The position numbers and the translations under genes are program-made. Under the pieces are notes generated by a model that was not told the origin of the DNA, ran no database searches, and was given only the letters and a program-made list of their open reading frames with translations. From Mobula birostris (Eukaryota), in the NCBI RefSeq assembly GCF_030028105.1, contig NC_092392.1:30949119-31013118 (forward strand): a stretch of 64,000 bases of DNA, given 5' to 3'. Shown one piece after another: positions 53,240 through 63,426 of the stretch (within the stretch, counting starts at the first letter, position 1; each line of letters starts with the position of its first letter).

Positions 53240-53585
53240 CTGTGCGGTTACCCTCCCTTGGGGAAGAAAGGACATGAGGGTGGAGAGTATCTTAGCCCAT
53301 CGGAGCCCTTTGGACCGAGGTGGGATGCAAAATGTGAGGATGCCTTTCAGTCACTGAAGGAGCTGCTGACCCAGGCGCCGGTGTTGGCTTTTGCGGACCC
53401 CCGATTACCGTATGTACTGCACACAAATGCCAGCCGAGAGGGTTTAGGGGACGTCCTGGATCAGGATCAGGGCTCCGGGTTAAGGCCCGTTGCGTTTGTC
53501 AGCTGGAGTCTGTCGCCCTCTGAGGAAAACTATCCCACACACAAGTTGGAATTTCTGGTGTTGAATTGGATGGTGGATCAATTCT
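53240..53585 (+). mobile_element. Gypsy pol fragment (RT connection and RNase H)
   Basis: WDAKCEDAFQSLKELLTQAPVLAFADPRLPYVLHTNASREGLG...LRPVAF...NYPTHKLEFL. Confidence 0.85.
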
Positions 53586-54034
53586 GGGGGCTACGTTCGG
53601 GATTGATTCCGTTGGATGCTATAGGGTTTCACTGCTGTGTAACATGCTGTGAAGTTTCTCTGATAATGCAATGGTTTCTCTGTAGCAGCAATGTTTGGGT
53701 TATGACTAGAGATAACGGGATTTGGAATGCTGTTGTTCTTTCTTGTGAGCTGGAAGAGAGATTTTCACGGTCTTTTGCCGGGGAGAGACGAGGAACGAAG
53801 ATGGGAATGGAGAGAGTTGGTAGACCGCCGGATGGCATTTGCAACATCTCAGAGAGGTCAAATATCACAGAAATGTTCAGTTTATTTTTTAACACTAACT
53901 GAGTGATTGTTCTGGACACGTAGTTCTCTTCTTAATGATAACAAAAGCAGTGCTACACAATACATTGCTCTCCAACATGAATACTAATGATTCTTGGGGA
54001 TCTGTAAAAACACAGAAACACAAATGGTGCCAAC

Positions 54035-54103
54035 CTCGGATCCTCCTCAAATGTGTTCTGAGTTCCTTGACCATGATGCACATCCCAATCAACTATCAGA
54101 ATC
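54035..54103 (-). CDS. HDAC10: HDAC10 coding exon 6 (DVHH Zn ligands)
   Basis: [23 protein letters not shown]. Confidence 0.95.
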
Positions 54104-54188
54104 CTGGAAGAGGAAAGCAATAAAAAATTGTTCATATCATTATCAACAAAAGTCTAGCTTTTCATTTCTGAGAAGTTAGAAACTCCAC

Positions 54189-54293
54189 CTTTTTGTTCCA
54201 TATCTTTGTTTTGCATACTCAGCTGCTATTGCTACATTATTAAAGATGCAAAATCCACAGGCATCACTCTTCTGGCTGTGGTGACCTGGAGGT
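54189..54293 (-). CDS. HDAC10: HDAC10 coding exon 5 (catalytic His-His)
   Basis: RPPGHHSQKSDACGFCIFNNVAIAAEYAKQRYG. Confidence 0.95.
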
Positions 54294-54374
54294 CTGGGAA
54301 AGAAGAAGAAATAGATAATATTTTGTGTGCTGCATTAAATTTATCAACAACGTAAATATAAAATTATCCCATAC

Positions 54375-54472
54375 CTTACTAGTGCCATCCCATTTCTTAT
54401 TCTGTCTGACATGACTGCATCAACAAGTTGTAGAGTTGCTCCCAGAGATAATTTAGCACAGTGATTGGAGTT
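54375..54472 (-). CDS. HDAC10: HDAC10 coding exon 4
   Basis: NSNHCAKLSLGATLQLVDAVMSDRIRNGMALV. Confidence 0.93.
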
Positions 54473-54690
54473 CTAAAACAAAACAGCCTTTCTTAAAAGA
54501 CACATCAAATATGTGATGAAAGCTTTAGTAACTGATCCTTAAAGCAATTGTGCTTTTAATTAATTTGGCTGTTGCTTTTTAACAATTTATCTAGTTAACA
54601 GATCCTCAAATATTTCTTGCAACAGCCTACAACACTTTATATTTCACTTGCCTATTTGTTAATCTAGATTACTACCCTAGATCTTTACAT

Positions 54691-55350
54691 CAGTGGTCCC
54701 CAACCACCGGGCCGCGAGCAAACAATATGATTTGGTGATATGAAACGATATGAGTCAGCTGCACCTTTCCTCATTCCGCCACGCCCACTGTTGAACTTGA
54801 ACGCACGCGAGGTCATCAGTGACCCAAGACGCACGCAAATGACCCAAGATGTGCAAAGGAATGGGTCCGTGACCCCTTTGTGAATGTCCCCGGTGAATCA
54901 TCCATGTCAGCATGGGAAAAAGATCAACACCTCGAGCTTGCAAGTGACGGTGGGCTGAAAAGTATGTTTGACATAACATCTCTGCTGGGAATCTGGATCA
55001 AAGTCAAGGCTGAATATCCTGAGATAGCCACGAAAGCACTGAGAACATTACTTCCATTCCCAACATCCTATCTCTGTGAAGCGGAGTTTTCTGCAATGAA
55101 TGCACCAAAAACCAAGTTGCGGAATAGACTGGACATAAGGAACCCCCTTCGAGCATCGCTGTCTCCCATCACCCCTCGATGGGACCGTCTTGGTGCAGGA
55201 AAACAAGCCCAGGGCTCCCACTGATTCAGCGATATTGGTGTGTTGCAATGATTTTATATGTTCATACGAGGAAAATATGCGCTGTGTGTTTAATATTAAA
55301 TTCATTAGATAAACCCTTTTAGAAACAAAATTGAGTGTATTAGCCACTTA
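54691..55350 (+). mobile_element. Internally deleted hAT transposon, same family as 7033-7711
   Basis: Begins cagtggtccccaacc; ORF 54880-55224 encodes a near-identical hAT C-terminus. Confidence 0.85.
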
Positions 55351-55701
55351 TAAGTGACCTATCACCTATAAGTATCAAATACTTCACCTATCAGAAAGCA
55401 ATGCTATCAATTCATGGTCGCTGTACTCAAATTTCTAGGACTAGTTTTCAAACCTTTTCAGAAAAGGAAGAGACTGTCTGTGGATGGGTATTAGCATTCA
55501 CACAGTTCAGTCCTAAAACTATGAACCAGAGACAGTCAATTGGCTTGAATTATGTGACTAATTCTGGAATGGGTCTTGGATCCAAAGTTGAACACAAATG
55601 AAAGTGCATTCAATTTAATTAAACTAACACAGAGAAAGAGAAATGAAACGTGACTTTGCTGGTAATTGATTAGGTTTTCTTGAAAGTATAATTTTACTTA
55701 C

Positions 55702-55798
55702 AGGGTGAAAATAAACTGCATCATATTTGTATGAGAAGCTCTTCAATTGTTCAACATTCATAAATGCAGTAGATTTCACAGCTTCCAAATAATCCTCG
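55702..55798 (-). CDS. HDAC10: HDAC10 coding exon 3
   Basis: SEDYLEAVKSTAFMNVEQLKSFSYKYDAVYFHP. Confidence 0.92.
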
Positions 55799-56472
55799 CT
55801 GCAAATAGGAAACACTTTAATAAAATTTCATCAAAACATGTTAAGTAAATTTAAAAAATCTGTTGGACATTCTCTGCTACAATACATTGGCTTATCAGTG
55901 ACCAAATCAGTAAAAAGAGTTCAGAGTTTAAATTATCTATAAAGACACAACCTAGGAGCAAGTTATAAAGCAACATTGGCAAAATTGTGCTCGGTTATTT
56001 TCCTTGGCTAGATATACCTGGATACTCCAGAAATGTCACATAATAAGGATGCAAGTTAGTGTTTTTGAAAACCCCTCAAAGATCCAAACAGCACCGTATG
56101 ATTAAAGATAAAATTTGGTGTTAATAATAACTTAATAGATATTTGCTGAACAGCTAACTCATTGCCAAAACTTAGTGTAATGTAGTTTACTCTCCACTAT
56201 AGCAACCCCCCCACTATAACACTGGTGTCACTGTAGAGAACCAATTTACAAGTAAAAATTAAGGCTTGTGGAAATATTGCTCCACCATCATGAATAAAAT
56301 TATTAAAATAACTGTGTGCTCTTTACTATAAATTATGGTTTACACTACGGATGCAAATTGCTGGCATGAAAGCACAGTATCTGATATCCCAATTTGACTT
56401 TAGAAATATGCAAAGCAAATCGCTATTTAACAAGTTTCAGAGCTCGTCTTTACACTATGTATTTAAGAGAAT

Positions 56473-56952
56473 ACTTACCAATACTAAACTAGGCATGCCA
56501 ACCCGCCTCAGAATGCTGAAACGTTATGTTTATCCAGTTATGTTATATGGCTCAGAATGTTGGACAATATCTAGTAACATGAGGAAACGAATTGTAGCAG
56601 CAGAGATGTGGTTCTTGAGAAGGATGCAAAGAATATCATGGACGAAACGAATATCTAACAAGGATGTCATGAACAAAGCAAACACAAAAAGAGAATTAAT
56701 GTATGAGATCACGAAAAGGCAATGTAACTTCATTGGACGTGTGATTAGGAAAGAGGAGTTAGAATGCACGGTAATTATGGGAAAGATTGAAGGGAAGAAG
56801 GCAAAAGGAAGACAAAGACAAATGATGATGGAGACAGCAGCCAGAGAACTGGAAATGAATACCAATGAATTGATCCACTTGACCCGAAACAGGAGTGTGT
56901 GGGCCACGGCAGTCAAAGCTCAAACTGGGCATGGCACCTGATGATGATGATG
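56473..56952 (+). mobile_element. 5'-truncated RTE-clade LINE with (TGA)n tail and 12-bp TSD
   Basis: Open frame YVYPVMLYGSECWT...AAEMWFLRRMQRISW...GKIEGKKAKGRQR; atttaagagaat at 56461-56472 and 56953-56964. Confidence 0.88.
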
Positions 56953-57376
56953 ATTTAAGAGAATGGGTGTTTATCCATAACAGCCGGGAGAAAAGACTGC
57001 CATATTAGTTCAAATGCCTCTCAAAGTCCAAACCTACATCCCTGTTATGAGAAGTGGAAACAGGTAAGACCGGCCAACAGGGCTCTGGTGAAGTTGTATA
57101 GGTCACTCACCTGTACAGTGGATGTAATGTATTGCAGAAGCATCAGTGCACTCCAACCATACCATCGGCTTCAAAGGACGACAGAGAAGGGAGGTCATTG
57201 ATGACCTATGCTCTACTTAGGAGCTAAAGGCCCAAGTTAAGTTAGTTCAGATATCCTTTGGTGTAAGAGCAGAAATGGAGAGGAAAGGAGAAACAGGTTG
57301 CTGCCCAAACTTTCACTCAGAGTAGGAGATGGGGAAAGTATGCAACTGGTTAATACATTTTAAATGTATGTCCAAC

Positions 57377-57511
57377 CTGTGAACCAAACTAATTTCCTCT
57401 TCAGTGGCCTCTCGAACTGATAGTTGGACACATCTTTCCACAAGACCATACTGTTTCAATTTGTCAAAGGAAGCGGACAAACGTTCTGGTATTTCAATGC
57501 TGCAATCTGGG
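57377..57511 (-). CDS. HDAC10: HDAC10 coding exon 2
   Basis: PDCSIEIPERLSASFDKLKQYGLVERCVQLSVREATEEEISLVH. Confidence 0.93.
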
Positions 57512-58433
57512 CTAAAATGCAAACAAATGAAAAGATTATTTTAATTAATGAAATGGATCATAATAACTTGTTCATTTACCAGCCATACAGTCTTCATTAG
57601 GCACTTTGACCCAATTTTCCAAATTATCCTAGCAAAATAAAAGAACCACGATTCAAGTTCATAAACTACTGACATAATCACAAAGATTAACGTATGCTCT
57701 TATCTGGTTTTAAGTTTTAAATTACTTCGTGGCAAACAAGGATTTCAATGTATATTTTTATGGAGCACCAGGGAAGTCTAGAGATAGTGGAAATACAGAA
57801 AATAGAAGTGAAATGGTGAGGGGGGGGAGGGGGAAACAGAATGCTGGAACTTAGTTGGACGTAGCAATTGCTGGAAAGTCTGAAACAATGGAGAATGCTT
57901 GAAATATTCAGCAGTTCAGGAGAGAAAAATCAAAGAATAATAATGATAGTATTGAGTCAAATACTCAATAAATGCAATGAACTATAATAGTGATTAAAAT
58001 ATTTTAGCAGAAAATTGGAGCTAACCAAATCACCTAAATTGTGAACAATCTGAACTGATGTCCAATATTCTGCTCTAAGAGATAGATTGTTACAAATATC
58101 ATAAATCAGTGGAGTTAAGTGGCTTAGACCCTCTGCAACTAAAAGTATCTGCAAATTTTTTTAGTCAGTAACTAAGTCTGACAATACTCACAATCCCAGA
58201 ACTGGAAGGCCAAATGCAGGCAAATGGGACTAGCTCGCAGGGCAACACAGTGGAAGGATAAAGGTTTTAAAACTTGAGCCATTGTTTAATCTGGTATCAA
58301 TTTACAAAGCCAGTAAAGAATGTGGAACACCTGTCTGGATTCCGTTGAAATAATCACGTGTTAAGGTTATATAGGATTTGATAAAACTTTTAACCGCAGA
58401 TGAACTTGAGGTATAAAATATTAAACTACTCAC

Positions 58434-58498
58434 AAATCCCACAGCAGATTATAGCTCATCATTCGTTCATCGTAGATCAATCCAGTCCCTGAAGCCAT
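58434..58498 (-). CDS. HDAC10: HDAC10 coding exon 1 (start codon)
   Basis: MASGTGLIYDERMMSYNLLWD; preceded by acceptor ttccag (58501-58502), donor gtgagt. Confidence 0.9.
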
Positions 58499-59629
58499 TT
58501 CTGGAAAAAAACATTGTACTAAAAATACAATATATAAACAGCCACCCTATGCATAATTCATACCCAAAGTAAACCACATTTAACTCTAAATCTTAAAGTA
58601 CAAAATAAGAACACAAGACATAGAAGCAGAATTTGCCATTTGGCCCATTAGGTCTGCTCTACCATTCAATCATGATTGACTTATACCAGAAATACCAGAA
58701 CCACTTGGCAATAATTGTCAAGAAATGATGCGGTATTTGAAAATCACGGATAAATCACAACATTCTAGTACAGATGTTTTCTATTCAAATATTGTTTGTC
58801 CAACTCATATTTCCAATACTTTGTGTTTAACTTATGATATCCAAAATCTTTTGAATTTTTAATTAACTTCCTGATCCGCTTGTAGGCAGGAACTAAGCAC
58901 ATGAGTATTCGTTCATCCTTATGTGCCATGTTGTATGATGTAGGCAATCATGATCATTCCATGACCATGAATGCTCTTGGGAAATTTTTCTACAGAGTGG
59001 TTTGCCATTGCCTTCTTCTGGGCAGTGCCTTTACAAGATGGGTGACCACAGCCATTATCAGTTCTCTTCAAAGATTGTCTGCCTGGGATCAGTGGACGCT
59101 TAACCAGGACTTGTGATATTCACCAGCCACTAATACAATCATCCACCAAATTCTCCTCTGGCTTCACATGACCCTGATTGGGGGGCTAAGCAGCTGCTAA
59201 ACCTTACCCAAGGATGACCTGCAGGCTAGCGGAGGGACGGTGTGCCTTACACCCTGGTAGAGACGTATCTCCACCCCGACATCCCAATATGAGCATTAAA
59301 AATCTAATTAATCTATATAATTTTCTCATTGTATAAATATAATTGACCATTAGTGGACATTCTCTTAGCTTTAGCTATGGGACACTGAATTAAAGTTGCT
59401 TTAAAATAAGTTTGCAAACATTTAAATATGATTGGACGGAAACACACACACATAATAATAGTGAGCAAAATATTTTAAAATACAAGTAAACCACCAAACT
59501 TAAATTTTGAAGTTGAAATCAAGTTGTATTACAAATCTGCAATCTTAGAGAAAGCCATTTGCAATTTGGATTAATCTTAGCTGTTACCATCGATACTGAT
59601 ACTGGAAGAAAGCAATATTGGTATTATTG

Positions 59630-60010
59630 CAACACAGACGCAAATGCTGGTGAACGCAGCAGGCCAGGCAGCATCTATAGGAAGAGGTACAGTCAATGTT
59701 TTGGGCTGAGACCCTTCGTCAGAACTAACTGAAAGAAGAGATAGTAAGAGATTTGAAAGGGGGAGGTGGAGATCCGAAATGATAGGAGAAAACAGGAGGG
59801 GGAGGGATGGAGCTAAGCGCTGGAAAGTTGATTGGCAAAAGGGATATGAGGCTGGAGAAGGGAGAGGATCGTGGGACGGGAGGCCTAGGGAGAAAGAAAG
59901 TTGGGAGGGGGGTGGGGAGCCCAGAGGATGGGCAAGGAGTTATAGTGAGAGGGACAGATGGAGAAAAAGAGAGAAAATAAATAAATAAACAATGGATAGG
60001 GTATGAAGGT
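59630..60010 (-). mobile_element. Penelope-like element 3' UTR and terminus
   Basis: Near-identical to 4760-5130; hammerhead core decayed. Confidence 0.75.
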
Positions 60011-61099
60011 ATTATTGCCTAAGTATAATAGGGGAATTCCACTGGTTTTGCGGTATTGTGGATATGATATTTGTCAATTCCAAAATGAATACAGGAAGCA
60101 ACACCAAGATGTCTTTTTTTTCATTTCCTATGGCAGGCACCTCAAAGAATTGGAGAGATACCACCAGAGTGTCTCTGCAAAATCCATCAAATCTGCAGCA
60201 ACGTCTTCTCCTATTCCATCATTTAATAATTGCAGATGCTATTATCTGAAATTAATTGAAGAAAATGAAGATCAGGCAGCATCTGTAGGAAGAGAATGAG
60301 TTAACGTTTCGGGCTTTATACCCTTATGCAGAATTGAGAAAATGAGAAGCTGATGAAGGGTCTGTGACCAGAAACAATACTTGGTTCTCTTTCCACAGAT
60401 GTTGTCTGGTCTGCTGAGATTTCCCCAGATATTTTCTGTTTTTATTTTGGATTAATCTTCTTTTTGTCTGTATAATGGTAAAGTCGGGGCACGTGTTTAG
60501 TAGATCAAACTATACAAAAGAAAAAGGGAAAAATGAGCCTAACGGATGGTAGGCAGAAGTGACAAGTTTTGGTACAAAAAACAAATTGATGGATTTAATA
60601 TTGAGTCCTGCAGGGTACAACATGCATTGAAAGTGGAAGTAAACTTCATCATTGGTATCTGCTTAGAAGACTCACAAGATATGGAACCTGGTTGTGCAAC
60701 CTTCAACAATAAATTGCTGATATACTAGCCTCATAGAACATTAACAAGAAAAATACAATCCAAAGTAAGCATTGAAATGCAATCAGCACTATGGAAAGAG
60801 GACGAGCCCTTCAAGCAGCAGCTGCTTATCTCTAAGTATTGACATTATTTCAGTTATTAATACCGTTAAGAGTAAGTAGCACATTTTGTTTTTTCTTTTG
60901 TATTTTGATTCCGGATGCCATTTCACTTTAAATGGACGAGGGAGGTGCGGGATAGCTTTGGATCCTCCCTCCCAGTGTCCAGAAAACGTTACTAACACAA
61001 TGGGGAAAAAAAAACACACAGGTTCGAAATCACCTCGGAACCAGAGTGGAAACAACTCCTTAAAAAAAAATAAAAACTCCAGAACTTATCCACCGGTGA

Positions 61100-61360
61100 G
61101 CTGCAACGAATTACCTCAAGAGCGAGAGACCGCCAATACCAGGAGCTTCCGGCTCAACCCAACCTGACAACGGGAAGCGGTCTTTGATTGACAGTAAAAC
61201 GAACCAAGCGCGGAACAGCCTTTCAATCCGGACCAATTGGGTTTGCCGCGCGCGACGGGTTCTCCCCGGCGCCGCCAAGTTAGGTAGGCCGAGCAGTTGC
61301 TAGGAGCCGTTATGGAGTGGCGGTGCTGAGGAAGGTGAGCGGGCCCAGTTCAGGTACGTC
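61100..61360. promoter_or_regulatory. CpG-rich, probably bidirectional promoter with HDAC10 non-coding exon 1 and a divergent first exon
   Basis: Minus-strand donor gag|gtaatt at 61115/61114; ETS CCGGAAG at 61146-61152; CCAAT near 61233; E2F-like tttgccgcgc; plus-strand donor aag|gtgagc at 61334/61335. Confidence 0.6.
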
Positions 61361-63168
61361 TATATGTTTAGTGTTGGGTTTGGCAGCTTTTGCAGTGCCG
61401 TGTTTTCTATTCAATCACACATAAAACAACGGAAGGGTCTCGGCCCGAAACGTCGACTGTTTATTCCCATCCATAGACGCTGCCTGCCTTGCTGGGCTCC
61501 TCCAGCACATTGTGTGTATTGCTCTAGATTTCCAGCATCTGCAGTACGTACTTATGTCCAAAACAATGGGTTGCATCCGTGCTCGATGGGCTGAATGGTT
61601 TCTTTATTCGCTTTGTCATTTTCTGGATGGAGCCACATTCCATGTAGCCGATCTCAGTCTGTCAATGCTAGTTTGGATTGTGCTGTCACAGGAATGCGGC
61701 TGTAAATGCAAATGGAACGGCCTTGGGAATTGGTTGATAATGAACGTTGTAGTGTACTTGATATGGAATTCGTGAAAGAGATTTATGTGATTTTCATAGT
61801 AAATCTTATTTAGGGAAGTTTGATTCAATCACTTTTCTAGTGGAAGGAACTGTCATCAATAATTACAATTGTTGGTGCTGCATAGGAATGTAATGTCCTC
61901 TATTTCATACTGTTGCTGCCCATGGAGATGGGACTTTCCTCGAATGGTGGAAATGCAAGAGACTGCAGATGTTGGAATCTGGAGCAGAAAAAAAAATCCA
62001 AAATGCTGGAGGAACTCAGTGGCTACAGTTCCAAAGAAGTCTCTCAACCGGAATTATTGTCCCATTTTCCACTACAGATGCCGTGACCCACTGAGTTCCA
62101 GCAGCATTTTATTGGTTACCCCAGAATGGTGGAATTTCTAATTTCATGTAGGCTCAGCTTCTGTGTTCAGAAATGAGAAGCCTGAGTAAAGAGAAGGGCT
62201 GATCATAACCAAGAGAAAATCTGCAGATTTCTGTGTGTTGCAAAGAGAAGGGTTGTCTGCTTTCGGTACCTGTGCAAACATATTCATTCAGATCATGATT
62301 CATTATCCTTTTTAATTCCCTCCTGCACTAACACCTTCCCTTTCCTCTTGCTCTCAATCATTGCCTATCTTTTCCTTAGCCTCAAAGAGGATAACAAGTT
62401 GCAGTTGTTGTAAGTTACTGAGGTAGAGGTTTGAAATAATGATCCAGAAATATACATTTGAACTTTACCATGGAATTAAAAAATAGTTTGAGATGAAAGT
62501 AAATGCTGGCCTTGTCATTTATGTTTGGATATAATAAATTGATCACCTTTGTGTGTTACTTAACTTTCAGTACAGGAATTTGTACGCATCTATCAGAACA
62601 ATACTTGAAAAACATATTTCCAAATACTAATTGATACAGAACCATATAGTTTGATTTTAATGGTATGGGTTTATAGCTGTAGAAAATTAGCAACATTTAA
62701 ATTCACTTATCATCACCACTGTGTGTTGAGTTGTATGATGTGGTTGATCATTGGTGACTGATTGTTTTTGGCAATTTTTTTCTATAGAAGTGGTTTGCCT
62801 TTGCCTTCCTCTGGGCAGTGTCTTTACAAGATGGGTGACCCCCTGCCATTATTAATACTCTTCAGAGATTGTCACACTGGCATCAGTGGTCACATAACTA
62901 GGACTTGTGATATCACCAGCTGCTCATATGACCATCCACCACCACCACCACCTGCTCCTATGTCTTCATGTCACCCTGATCCGGTGGGGTAGGGAGACTA
63001 ACAGGTGCTACATCTTGCCCAAGGGTATCTTGCAGGCTAGTGGAGGGTTGGAGCACCTTACACCTTCTTTGGCAGAGATGAATCTCCACCATGTCACTAT
63101 CTATATTAAAAACCTTGAATTACAGCTTTATTAGCACAAGAATTTCTGGTCTCATCCATTGTTTGTAC

Positions 63169-63368
63169 TGTTATGTTACTTCTGTTTAGACATACTATGG
63201 GTTAACAGTAAAGAATCATATTCTGGACGAGTTAGAGAACTTTGATTTACAGTAATAAACAAACAGGTCTTAACCCAGCCGCGTGCTGGAACATTTTGGC
63301 AATTCCGCGCATGCTCAGTGCTCTGTCCAATCATGTACTGGCACATCGTTGCACGTGATATCACCACA
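63169..63368 (-). mobile_element. 3' LTR (200 bp) of a Gypsy-type element
   Basis: Minus strand TGTGG...TAACA, immediately preceded by the polypurine tract aaggaaaggaaga (63369-63381). Confidence 0.75.
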
Positions 63369-63426
63369 TCTTCCTTTCCTTAAAAAGAAAAACAATTAAC
63401 AACGTTAATCAAAGCAAATACATTAT

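Noticed and set aside
23231-58498. HDAC6 as the identity of the deacetylase
   Set aside because: Only one catalytic domain, a degenerate second domain, the GDPEG gatekeeper and no ZnF-UBP, all consistent with HDAC10.
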